A stretch of DNA of 64,000 nt, taken from Desulfosudis oleivorans. Lineage in GTDB: Bacteria; Desulfobacterota; Desulfobacteria; Desulfobacterales; SURF-7. Positions 11,127-20,333 of this stretch are shown in pieces; positions within the stretch are counted from its first letter, which is position 1; every line of letters begins with the position of its first letter. The position numbers and the translations under genes were made by a program. Where the stretch lies: positions 221,724 to 285,723 of the forward strand of contig DYJC01000005.1 in the NCBI GenBank assembly GCA_020723305.1. Reading direction: 5' to 3'. The notes beneath the pieces were generated by a model, which searched no databases, had not been told where the DNA came from, and saw only the letters and a program-made list of their open reading frames with translations.

Positions 11127-13506
11127 CCACCTGGGAAGGCCTGTGGCAGAGAAAAAAAATCTCTCTCGAATTTTTCGTCTCAAAGAAGCTGTACAAAAAG
11201 CCAATCCTGGAATCTGTACGGACCGGTCTGACATCTGGACATCCTATCACAAGATACCGGACAACCGAAAAAAATCCCCTCACATCCGGATAGCGGAAGC
11301 CTTACGCGAAGTGTTGATGTATAAAAAGATTCACATCTATCCGGATGAATTGATTGTTGGAAATTATTCTTCCAAAAGAGTCGGAGGATCTATTTTTCCA
11401 GAGCTTCATGGCGTTCCTGTATTGCTGGATATTTTCAAGTTTTCAAAACGGAAGGTCAATCCGCTTCAAGTCTCTGGAAAGGAAACCTGGAAACTGCTGA
11501 AAATCATTCCATTCTGGAGTTTCCGATTTCTTGCATTAAAAGCCTACCGATCTCCGTTTCAACTTATCCGGCTGCTGATTCATCAACTCAAAGGACATTT
11601 TTATATTATCAATGAGTCTGGCGGAATCTCCCATATTGCCCCGGATTATGCAAAACTGATTACCGTGGGTACCGATGGCATCGTGGCGGAAGCGACCAGA
11701 TTTCAGGAGAAATCGGGCAAGGACACGGAAAAATGGTATTTTTATGAAGCGGTAAAAATCATCGCCAATGCACTTGCAAAATTTGGAGACCGCTATGCAG
11801 ATCTTGCTCAGAAAATGGCTGAGTCGGAATCCGATTCCAATCGAAAGCAGGAGTTGCTGGAAATCGCTCAAATCTGCAGAAATATTCCCAGAAAAGGAGC
11901 CTCGTCATTTCAGGAAGCAGTTCAATCTCTGTTTTTTGCCCAGATTGCCATCAACCTGGAAAGCCTGGATAACTCTGTCTGCCCCGGGCGGATGGATCAA
12001 TATCTGTATCCTTTCTATTTAAAAGATATTCAACATCATAAACTGACCAGGGACAAGGCCAAAGAAATCCTGTCTGCTTTTTCAATCAAAACATCAGAAA
12101 TCATACCTGTTTTTTCAGAATATTTGACAAAAATTCATGGCGGCATGTTCAATGGCCAGGTGGTTACCGTGGGTGGATTACAGCCGGATGGAACAGACGG
12201 AACCAATGATCTGACCTATATTTTCCTGGAAATCATGGATGAACTGCGTATGCGTCAACCCAATTATCATGCACGAATATCCAATCATTCTCCTCAAAAA
12301 TATATGGATCAAATCAATCAGATGCTATCCGGAGGAAGCAATTCTCCAGCGTTATATAACGACACGGTTATTGTGGATACGATGGTTCAACACGGATACT
12401 CGATCGAAGATGCTAGGGATTATACCGGAGTCGGATGCGTTGAGCCGGTGGCACAGGGAAAAAGCTTTTCATCAACCGATGCAGCGCTTGTGAATGTCCC
12501 ATTAATTCTGGAACTGGCGCTCAATCAGGGCAAAAGGTTTGGTTCCTGGTTCAGGTCTGGGGCGAAAAGTATGCCGGTTGAAAAAATGCAGTCCATGGAT
12601 GATATGAAAACAGCTTTTGAGGTTCAGCTTGCCGACCAGTTATCCCGTTTGATGAAAGATCTACAGGCCATTGAAATAGCAAACCGAAAATACCATCCGA
12701 CCCCTCTTTCAAGCTGTCTCCTCGATGGATGTCTTGAGAGCGGCACCTGCTCCACAGCAGGAGGTGCTCGCTACAATTTTTCCGGTATCCAGTGTGTGGC
12801 CCCCGCAGATACGGGCGATTCCCTTTATGCCATTGAAAAATCCGTATTTATAGATAAAAAAATTACACTCCCCGCTTTGGTGGAACAACTCATCCAGAAT
12901 CTGTCTGACAAGCAACTCCGGTCATATTTAAAAGGGATAGAAAAATTCGGCAATGATCACTCAGATGCTGATAAATGGACGGTTTATGTGATCAATAAAT
13001 TTACCGATGAATTGAACAGATATCAAAATACTCGCGGTGGCCGTTATGTTACGGGCCTCTACTCGGTTACTTTACATGAATACTACGGAAGAATTACAGG
13101 TGCTCTTCCAAACGGCAGGAAAATGGGAGAAAGCTTTTCTTCCGGCATTTCTCCCTCCAATGGAATGGACAGACTTGGACCGACAGCGCTCATCAATTCG
13201 ATCAATCGGATTGATTTTACAAAAACCGCCAATGGAATCAACTTTAACCTGAAATTTGACAGCCGGACACTCCGGGGATCGACCGGCAAGCTTGCATTAA
13301 AAAATCTGTTGTCCACCTATTTCAGAAAAGGAGGCATGCAGGCCCAGGTGAATGTCCTGGACCCAGCCATATTGCTCGCTGCAAAGGAAAATCCGGATCT
13401 GTATCCCAATCTTCTTGTTCGGGTTTCCGGATATTCGGCCTATTTCAACGATCTTTCATTGGAAATGAAGGATGAAATTATCCGGAGAAGCAGTCTTACA
13501 AACTAA
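11107..13506 (+). CDS. glycyl-radical enzyme, PFL2/eliminase class, substrate unknown
   Basis: About 800 aa. Thiyl loop GVGCVEP and glycyl-radical motif LVRVSGYSAYFNDL. The likely start is ATG 11107, 7 nt after AAGGAG (11094-11099). The track ORF begins at 11089. Confidence 0.9.
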   Translation: MLFYTTDHLGRPVAEKKNLSRIFRLKEAVQKANPGICTDRSDIWTSYHKIPDNRKKSPHIRIAEALREVLMYKKIHIYPDELIVGNYSSKRVGGSIFPELHGVPVLLDIFKFSKRKVNPLQVSGKETWKLLKIIPFWSFRFLALKAYRSPFQLIRLLIHQLKGHFYIINESGGISHIAPDYAKLITVGTDGIVAEATRFQEKSGKDTEKWYFYEAVKIIANALAKFGDRYADLAQKMAESESDSNRKQELLEIAQICRNIPRKGASSFQEAVQSLFFAQIAINLESLDNSVCPGRMDQYLYPFYLKDIQHHKLTRDKAKEILSAFSIKTSEIIPVFSEYLTKIHGGMFNGQVVTVGGLQPDGTDGTNDLTYIFLEIMDELRMRQPNYHARISNHSPQKYMDQINQMLSGGSNSPALYNDTVIVDTMVQHGYSIEDARDYTGVGCVEPVAQGKSFSSTDAALVNVPLILELALNQGKRFGSWFRSGAKSMPVEKMQSMDDMKTAFEVQLADQLSRLMKDLQAIEIANRKYHPTPLSSCLLDGCLESGTCSTAGGARYNFSGIQCVAPADTGDSLYAIEKSVFIDKKITLPALVEQLIQNLSDKQLRSYLKGIEKFGNDHSDADKWTVYVINKFTDELNRYQNTRGGRYVTGLYSVTLHEYYGRITGALPNGRKMGESFSSGISPSNGMDRLGPTALINSINRIDFTKTANGINFNLKFDSRTLRGSTGKLALKNLLSTYFRKGGMQAQVNVLDPAILLAAKENPDLYPNLLVRVSGYSAYFNDLSLEMKDEIIRRSSLTN

Positions 13507-14602
13507 CCGGTGAATGTTTCATCCCAAAAGCACTGGCAACCTCTTCGCAGGTTAATTGCCCCTTGTAAACATTCAGGCCCTGTTCCAAAGCTGAATTTTC
13601 CTTAAGGGCTTTTTTCAAACCTTTATTGGCCAATTCAAGAACATAAGAGAGCGTTGCATTGGTCAATGCATAGGTTGATGTACGCGGTACAGCACCCGGC
13701 ATATTGGCAACACAATAATGCACGATGTTATCAACAATATACATCGGATTATCATGGGTTGTTGGTTTGCTCGTTTCTGCGCATCCTCCCTGATCAATAG
13801 CTATATCAACCAGTGCCGAACCTGGTTCCATGCCTTTAAGATAGTCTTTTTTAATCAGTTTGGGCGCTTTTGCTCCGGGTATCAAAACCGCCCCGATCAC
13901 CAAATCTGCACTGAGAATACTTCGCTCCAGATTAACGGGATTTGACATCAATGTCACTGCTTGTGAATAAAAAAGATGGTCTAGATAACGAAGTCTTTCC
14001 TGATTGATATCGAGAATGGTAACCCTGGCACCCATGCCAATGGCAACCTGTGCTGCATTAATCCCGGATATCCCTCCTCCGACAATGGTTACACGCGCAG
14101 GCGCAACACCCGGAACACCGGATACAAGAAGTCCCTTTCCTCCGTTTTTTGCCTCCAGACAGGCACAACCCATTTGAACAGAAAGCCTTCCGGCTACCGC
14201 ACTCATAGGCGCTAGCAAAGGAAGAGATCCATTTTCAAGCTGAATGGTTTCATAGGCGACTCCGATCACTTTACGATCCAGCAATACCTGGGTCAATTTC
14301 TGATCCGCTGCAAGATGCAGAAATGTAAATAGAATCTGGCCTTCCTTCATTAAACCGAATTCCGGTTCAAGCGGTTCTTTCACCTTAACAATCAAGTCCG
14401 CTTCAGCCCAAACAGCATCCGGAGTATTTACAATTCGAGCTCCGGTTCGTACGTACTCCTTATCGATAATTCCAGAACCGTCTCCCGCCCCTTTTTCCAC
14501 ATAAACCTGATGCCCGCTCTCTACAAGAGCCGCAACACCGGCTGGTGTTACTGAAACCCTATTCTCTTTGACTTTTATCTCTTTTGGAACCCCGATTTTC
14601 AT
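13496..14602 (-). CDS. ald: alanine dehydrogenase
   Basis: 368 aa with the N-terminus [22 protein letters not shown] and the Rossmann motif [14 protein letters not shown]. Its 3' end overlaps the GRE 3' end by 11 nt. Confidence 0.9.
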   Translation of the reverse strand: MKIGVPKEIKVKENRVSVTPAGVAALVESGHQVYVEKGAGDGSGIIDKEYVRTGARIVNTPDAVWAEADLIVKVKEPLEPEFGLMKEGQILFTFLHLAADQKLTQVLLDRKVIGVAYETIQLENGSLPLLAPMSAVAGRLSVQMGCACLEAKNGGKGLLVSGVPGVAPARVTIVGGGISGINAAQVAIGMGARVTILDINQERLRYLDHLFYSQAVTLMSNPVNLERSILSADLVIGAVLIPGAKAPKLIKKDYLKGMEPGSALVDIAIDQGGCAETSKPTTHDNPMYIVDNIVHYCVANMPGAVPRTSTYALTNATLSYVLELANKGLKKALKENSALEQGLNVYKGQLTCEEVASAFGMKHSPVSL

Positions 14603-14648
14603 GGCAAAATACCTCCTGAATTAAAAATGTGATAATGTCTGCTTGTTT

Positions 14649-15356
14649 CTATTTCCCCGCCTTTGGATGTGAAGAAAGTGCATTTCTAATAAAATGCATC
14701 ATTCCCTGAATGATTTTTTCATCATAGTCATCAACTTCTTCACCGACGAATATCTTCATTCTCTCCCGAAAATAATCGGTTGTATAAGAATACTGTAATA
14801 AAAGGATCAAGTTATCCAAACAAAAGGAGGCAATGTACTCATCTATTTCAGGATCAACGATTCCTGATTTTTTTGATTCTGAGAGCATGGAACGATAAAA
14901 CAGTGCAGAGATCGTTTCCATCTTGCGGGAAAGCAATATTGAAAGATGTGATAGCCCTTGGGAGGTAATATCAAGATAGATCTGATTTAACTCCGGATAT
15001 TCCTTTGTGTACTTCTGGGCAGCCCGTAAGAGTCTCTCAATTTTATCAAAAATATCCCCTTTTTCAAGATCAATTTCAGAAATAACCTGTTCAAGAACCT
15101 GATAACCGTAATCCATAACCGTCAAAAACAGGTCTTCCTTGGAATTGAAATAGTTGTACATGGACCCGATACTGACACCTGCCTTTTTTGCAATAACATT
15201 GATATTCGCAGCTTTCAGTCCATGCTTTGCAAATTCCGAAACAGCCACGGTTTGAATTTTCTCCCGCTTTTCCGGAGAGATCTTTTGAAAAGCCTCTTTA
15301 TAGTGTTTCAGCCGTGTATATCCATTTTTTGGATCTATCTCATATCTATTTTTCAT
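14649..15356 (-). CDS. TetR/AcrR-family transcriptional regulator
   Basis: 235 aa with an N-terminal HTH (AVSEFAKHGLKAANINVIAKKAGVSIGSMYNYFNSKEDLF). Divergent from the 15478-20282 operon. Confidence 0.85.
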   Translation of the reverse strand: MKNRYEIDPKNGYTRLKHYKEAFQKISPEKREKIQTVAVSEFAKHGLKAANINVIAKKAGVSIGSMYNYFNSKEDLFLTVMDYGYQVLEQVISEIDLEKGDIFDKIERLLRAAQKYTKEYPELNQIYLDITSQGLSHLSILLSRKMETISALFYRSMLSESKKSGIVDPEIDEYIASFCLDNLILLLQYSYTTDYFRERMKIFVGEEVDDYDEKIIQGMMHFIRNALSSHPKAGK

Positions 15357-15410
15357 AATACAAATTCCACTTGACTTTTATACTCTGTTTTGATTTATAA
15401 AAAAATACTA

Positions 15411-15426
15411 GAGTGAGTTATCACTC
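15411..15426. promoter_or_regulatory. candidate TetR operator palindrome
   Basis: GAGTGA-gtta-TCACTC (6-4-6) lies in the 121-bp divergent intergenic region. A TTGACT box sits at 15371-15376. Confidence 0.3.
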
Positions 15427-15477
15427 ATTATCCAAGATAGCATATTTTTTTCCCCCAGACAATAGGAGGATTTTTTC

Positions 15478-16239
15478 ATGGGTCATGAACTGATTAAAGC
15501 CCGACTCAACCTCTATGCTGTAATGAAAAACCTTGAAAATCTCGTTCAGTTTGATCCGGAAATGGCCGCTCTGTCCAAAACGTGGAATGTTTCCATACAA
15601 TTTTCCGTACTATTCGGGCCAAAGGCATTTATCGAATTTAAAAACGGAAGATGCCGGGTAGAAAAAGGCAAGCTTCCCAGACCCACCATCAGGCTGTTCT
15701 TTATCTCTTCCGCACATTTAAACTGGATGATGGATGGCAAAGGATTCCCCATTCCTTTAAAAGGATTTACAAAAATATCATTCCTGAACGGCGATTTTCA
15801 AAAATTGACGAAGAAACTGGAATACTACCTTAAGCCGACGGATGATCTCCTGAGAGATGAAAAATTCGCTGAACTCAATACCCGATTCACATTGAACACG
15901 GCCGCCCATGCCATTCCGGAAATTGGGAACCTGGATCGGGTTGGCAAACATGCTGTCTCTCATATCCAAACCGGTGATATTCTCATGAAGATCTTGCCCG
16001 ATGGGCCGGCCGTAACCTTACGGGTTCAAAACGGAATCATAACCCCCCTTTCCGAAGAGACAGACAGGCCCATGGCGTGCCTGTATATGAAAAATATTCG
16101 GGTTGCTAACGATTTCCTGAATGCAAAACTGGATGCATTCACGGCGATCGCATCCGGCGATGTGATGATCAAAGGTCAAACCCCCATGCTGGATTCCATG
16201 GGTCTGATATTAGATAGAATCCCGGCCTATCTGGGATAA
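15478..16239 (+). CDS. SCP2 (sterol-carrier-protein-2)-like protein, tandem-domain
   Basis: 253 aa. The C-terminal segment (FLNAKLDAFTAIASGDVMIKGQTPMLDSMGLIL) looks like an SCP2-fold helix/strand motif. Paralogous to 19506-20282. Confidence 0.5.
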   Translation: MGHELIKARLNLYAVMKNLENLVQFDPEMAALSKTWNVSIQFSVLFGPKAFIEFKNGRCRVEKGKLPRPTIRLFFISSAHLNWMMDGKGFPIPLKGFTKISFLNGDFQKLTKKLEYYLKPTDDLLRDEKFAELNTRFTLNTAAHAIPEIGNLDRVGKHAVSHIQTGDILMKILPDGPAVTLRVQNGIITPLSEETDRPMACLYMKNIRVANDFLNAKLDAFTAIASGDVMIKGQTPMLDSMGLILDRIPAYLG

Positions 16240-16276
16240 GCATTGAACAGATAATCAGGGCTGTCTATCCGTAACA

Positions 16277-17542
16277 ATGAAGGAATTGCATATGAAATCA
16301 TACCAATATTCAAAATCACAGGAACTGTTTAAGCGGGCCGCAAAGGTGATTCCTTGCGGTATTTACGGGCATTTCAGTCCTGCCCCTCTTGTGCCCGCAA
16401 CATCCTATCCATTTTATACAGCAAGATCTGCTGGTGCCAGGTTCTGGGATGTGGATGGAAATGAGTTTATTGATTACATGTGTGCTTACGGCCCCATGAT
16501 TTTGGGATATAATCATCCGCTTGTTGATCAAGCTGCAGCCAATCAAATCAAGTTATCCAATTGCACTACCGGTGCTCCCAGTGTCATGGTTGAACTGGCT
16601 GAGTTTATGGTAGATCTGATTCCGGCAGCCGACTGGGTGTTTTTTGCAAAAAATGGTGCAGATGTAACCAACTATTCGACCATGATTGCTCGGGATGCGA
16701 CTGGAAGGAAAAAAATTGTTATGATCAAAGGCGCCTACCATGGAGCTTCCTCATGGATGCAGTCGCCTGGTCACCATGGGACGATAGAAGAAGATTCGGA
16801 GAATATCATCCGTGTGCCCTGGAATGATGTTTCTGCATTTGAAAAAGCAATAGAGGAAAATCCAGGTAACATTGCTGGGTTTATCGCTACTCCTTATCAT
16901 GTCCCGGTTTTTGCGGACAATGATCTCCCGAATGAAGGGTATTGGAATAAAATTGAATCCCTTTGCAGAAAAAATGGAATTGTTCTCATTGTCGATGATA
17001 TCCGGCACGGCTTCCGTATGGATATGGGAGGATCAAATGAGTATTACGGTTTCAAACCTGATCTGATATGCTTTTGCAAGGCGCTGGCAAACGGATATCC
17101 TATCTCTGCTCTTGTGGGGAATCAGGCACTGAAAGATGTCACGGCGAGGGTTTTTTATACCGGAAGCTATTGGTTCCAGGCAGAACCCATGGCCGCTGCT
17201 CTTGAAACCCTGAAAGAGCTGAAACAGTTGGATGGCCCAAAAAAAATATTATGCATTGGTAAAAAACTGATGGATGGTCTGGTTAATTTGGCCAAAACAT
17301 ACGGGTATAATTTGAAGGTTACAGGAGCTCCCTCTATGCCTTATCTGCGTATTACCAATGATGAAAGCCTGATGCTTCACCAGGACTGGTGTGCGGAATG
17401 TACCCGACGGGGGGCCTACTTTACATCTCATCACAACTGGTTTGTTTCAACAGCTCATACAGATGAAGATATTCAGCAAACACTTACCATTGCAGATGAT
17501 GCATTTCACTCCATCAAAAAACAATATGGTGATCGATTTTAG
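16277..17542 (+). CDS. class-III (HemL-like) PLP-dependent aminotransferase/aminomutase
   Basis: About 416-421 aa; an alternative start at ATG 16292 has the SD GAAGGA. Motifs: GAYHGAS, IVDDIRHGFRM, and Lys in CFCKALANGYP. It lacks the canonical HemL IPGGVNSPVR motif. Confidence 0.85.
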   Translation: MKELHMKSYQYSKSQELFKRAAKVIPCGIYGHFSPAPLVPATSYPFYTARSAGARFWDVDGNEFIDYMCAYGPMILGYNHPLVDQAAANQIKLSNCTTGAPSVMVELAEFMVDLIPAADWVFFAKNGADVTNYSTMIARDATGRKKIVMIKGAYHGASSWMQSPGHHGTIEEDSENIIRVPWNDVSAFEKAIEENPGNIAGFIATPYHVPVFADNDLPNEGYWNKIESLCRKNGIVLIVDDIRHGFRMDMGGSNEYYGFKPDLICFCKALANGYPISALVGNQALKDVTARVFYTGSYWFQAEPMAAALETLKELKQLDGPKKILCIGKKLMDGLVNLAKTYGYNLKVTGAPSMPYLRITNDESLMLHQDWCAECTRRGAYFTSHHNWFVSTAHTDEDIQQTLTIADDAFHSIKKQYGDRF

Positions 17543-17602
17543 CAGGACGGAAAAGAAAAAAACTATAAGCACGATAAAAATCCAGCACAACAGGAGGAGA
17601 AA

Positions 17603-18460
17603 ATGCCGGTTACAGATCAGGAAATAAAACTATTACAAGAAAAGGCTTGCCAGTTACGGAAGGATATTATCGATATCACCTACTGGGCCGGGGGGGCCCA
17701 TATCGGTGGCGCCATGAGCATGGTTGAAATACTGATCCTTCTCTACTACAAATATATGAAAATTGACCCAAAAGATCCAACCTGGAAGGAGAGAGACCGG
17801 ATGGTTCTGAGTAAAGGCCATGGCGGTGTTGGATTTGCCCCGCTGCTGGCCCGAAAAGGATATTTCGATTTCCAGGATCTGAAAGAATTCAACAAATTCA
17901 AATCTCCCTTTGGAATGCACCTGGACAGCCTGAAGGTGAAAGGCGTGGATGTTTCCACCGGCTCCCTGGGTCATGGCCTTCCCATGGCTGTCGGAATGTC
18001 ACTAGGGGCCAGGGTACAAAAACAATCCTGGCGCACCTACTGTATTTTAGGAGATGGAGAATGCAATGAGGGCTCGATCTGGGAAGCGGCCATGGCCGCC
18101 GCTCAATTTAAACTGACCAACCTGATCACCTTTGTGGACCGGAATAAGCTGATGATCGACGGTACGACAGAAGAGATCATGGGGCTTGAACCTTTTGCTG
18201 ATAAATGGAAAGCATTTGGCTTTATTGTAAAAGAAGTGGATGGCCACAATTTCAATGCTCTCGCCGATGCAATCGAATCCGCCCAAAAAGAAACAAAAGC
18301 TCCGGTTGTCATCATCGCAAACACTTTTAAAGGCAAGGGCGTTGATTTCATGGAAAACAATGTAAAGTGGCATTATGGAGGTCTGGATACAGATCTGGTA
18401 GAAAAAGCAAAGGCATCTGTAGACCGAATGTATGAACAGGCGATTAACCTCAAAAATTAG
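17603..18460 (+). CDS. transketolase, N-terminal (ThDP pyrophosphate-binding) subunit
   Basis: 285 aa with the motifs GGAHIGGAMSMVEIL, SKGHG and GDGECNEGSIWEA. Confidence 0.9.
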   Translation: MPVTDQEIKLLQEKACQLRKDIIDITYWAGGAHIGGAMSMVEILILLYYKYMKIDPKDPTWKERDRMVLSKGHGGVGFAPLLARKGYFDFQDLKEFNKFKSPFGMHLDSLKVKGVDVSTGSLGHGLPMAVGMSLGARVQKQSWRTYCILGDGECNEGSIWEAAMAAAQFKLTNLITFVDRNKLMIDGTTEEIMGLEPFADKWKAFGFIVKEVDGHNFNALADAIESAQKETKAPVVIIANTFKGKGVDFMENNVKWHYGGLDTDLVEKAKASVDRMYEQAINLKN

Positions 18461-18493
18461 TGACCCGTTTGAAAAAATAAAGAGGAGGACGCA

Positions 18494-19504
18494 ATGACAG
18501 AAGGCTTAACATGGACAGTCTATGATGCCGATACAATGACCCAGGCAGAAATATATGGAGAAGTGCTTTGCCGGTTAGGAGAAGAAAATCCAAAAATCGT
18601 TGGTCTGTCGGCGGATCTGGCCAACTCCACAAAGATCGGAAAATTCGGTAAAAAATTCCCGGATCGTTTTTTTAATGTTGGCATTGCCGAACAAAACCTT
18701 TTTGGTGTAGCCGCAGGTCTTGCCAAAACAGGTCTGATTCCCTTTGTCTCAACCATGGCAGCATTCACAGCTATGCGGGGAGTGGAACAGGTAAGAACAG
18801 ACATCTGTTACCAGAATCTGAACTGTAAAATCATCGCCACCCATGCAGGTACTTCATTTGGTTCCGCCGGCACAACCCACCATTGCACGGAAGATCTTGC
18901 CATCATGAGGTCTTTTGCCAATATGACAGTGATTGCTCCGGCAGATGGAATTGAAACCGCAAAGGCAGTCAAGGCATGTGTGGACTATCCTGGACCGGTG
19001 TATATTCGCATCGGAAGGGGATTTGAGCCCAAATTTTATGAAAATGAGGAGTATGATTTTCAAATCGGAAAAGCAATTGAGGTGAACCCGGGCACGGATA
19101 TCACCCTGATCTGCTGTGGCGTCACTGTACTACAAGCTGCTGAGGCGTCAAAATTTCTCAAGGAAAATGACGACCTGAGTGTACGGGTGCTGAACATGCA
19201 TACCATTAAACCTTTGGATGAAGAGGCAGTCCTTTCCGCTGTAAAAGACACCCGGAGAATTATCACCTTTGAAGATCATACGGTTCTTGGTGGGCTTGGA
19301 AGCGCGGTTGCTGATGTAATCGCAGCAAGCGGCAAAGGCTGTGCCTTTTCCAAGGTTGGTATTCCAGACTGCTATTGCATTGTAGGTTATCCGGAAGATC
19401 TCTGCAGCTACTACAAACTGGATACGGATGGAATCATTGATAAGGTTCGGGAAGTCATGAGCATGGATTTTGAAGAGGATGATGACTGGGAAGATGAGGT
19501 ATAA
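18494..19504 (+). CDS. transketolase, C-terminal (pyrimidine-binding) subunit
   Basis: 336 aa with the motif FFNVGIAEQNLFGVAAGLA and a C-terminal TK domain. Confidence 0.9.
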   Translation: MTEGLTWTVYDADTMTQAEIYGEVLCRLGEENPKIVGLSADLANSTKIGKFGKKFPDRFFNVGIAEQNLFGVAAGLAKTGLIPFVSTMAAFTAMRGVEQVRTDICYQNLNCKIIATHAGTSFGSAGTTHHCTEDLAIMRSFANMTVIAPADGIETAKAVKACVDYPGPVYIRIGRGFEPKFYENEEYDFQIGKAIEVNPGTDITLICCGVTVLQAAEASKFLKENDDLSVRVLNMHTIKPLDEEAVLSAVKDTRRIITFEDHTVLGGLGSAVADVIAASGKGCAFSKVGIPDCYCIVGYPEDLCSYYKLDTDGIIDKVREVMSMDFEEDDDWEDEV

Positions 19505-19505
19505 C

Positions 19506-20282
19506 ATGGCAACTGAAAGAGATCTGCTGACTGCACGATTGTTTTTACGGGCGCTGTTTCCGGTGATGAAGGTGGTTCTTTCTGATGTTCCGAAAATGAA
19601 AAACCGCTTTAAAGACGTTACCGCAAAAGTCCAGTTTGCGGCTCAAAACAATGCAGGAGAAGTGGGTGCATATCTTGATTTTCAACAGGGAAACCTCGAA
19701 ATCGTTCAGGGGATCTGCCCAAATCCGGATATCTGTTTCGGGTTCGGCAGTGTAAAAAAAATGAACGATATGCTGGCTGGAAAACCGGTAATACCCAAGA
19801 TTAAAGGCTTTCTGAAGCTCGGGCTTTTAATCAAAATGTTCAGCCTTCTCCTGAGTTTGAAAATCCTGATGCCCAATGTAAGACCAACTGCCGAAGATAA
19901 AAAACGGCTGAAGATCAAAATGACCATTTACATGATTACAACTGCTCTCAGCCAGTATAATAAAGGAGGTGATCCGGAAATGGTGCGCTGGACATCCAAA
20001 CAGCCGGAGCGGATTTATCAGATGTCTGTCGATCATGAAGAAATCGCAGCGTATCTCCGGGTAAAAGCAGGTAAAACAAAGGCTGGAAGAGGGTTTTACA
20101 AACGACGGCGTCCCTTTGTTCATATGAGGTTCAATGGGATTGACGGCGCGCTTCCGGTTATCCTGAATGAAGTGGACATGGTGACCGCAGTGAAAAACGA
20201 ATATCTCCTTGTAGAGGGATCACCGGAATATGGACGCGATATCGGGGATTTCATGATGCGGATTCAGAATATGATTACGTGA
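19506..20282 (+). CDS. SCP2-like protein, paralogue of 15478-16239
   Basis: The start is taken at ATG 19506, 1 nt after the transketolase stop. The track ORF starts at 19470. Collinear similarity to the 15478 protein (ARL.L, ...DGK/AGK..IP.KGF.K, C-terminal SCP2-like segment). Confidence 0.5.
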   Translation: MATERDLLTARLFLRALFPVMKVVLSDVPKMKNRFKDVTAKVQFAAQNNAGEVGAYLDFQQGNLEIVQGICPNPDICFGFGSVKKMNDMLAGKPVIPKIKGFLKLGLLIKMFSLLLSLKILMPNVRPTAEDKKRLKIKMTIYMITTALSQYNKGGDPEMVRWTSKQPERIYQMSVDHEEIAAYLRVKAGKTKAGRGFYKRRRPFVHMRFNGIDGALPVILNEVDMVTAVKNEYLLVEGSPEYGRDIGDFMMRIQNMIT

Positions 20283-20313
20283 GAAAAAAGACGATTACGG
20301 CCATTCCTTAATA

Positions 20314-20333
20314 CCCCCCCCCCCCCCCCCCCC
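20314..20333. repeat. C20 homopolymer tract
   Basis: I counted 20 consecutive C residues directly in the sequence. Confidence 0.95.

Noticed and set aside
11107-17542. Direct annotation of the GRE as isethionate sulfite-lyase (IslA) and of the aminotransferase as taurine:pyruvate aminotransferase.
   Set aside because: Only the gene logic (Ald + aminotransferase + GRE) is reminiscent. The aminotransferase is HemL-like rather than clearly Tpa-like. No sulfoacetaldehyde reductase or sulfonate transporter is present. I cannot verify sulfonate-binding residues by eye. I keep this as a hypothesis to test, not a call.
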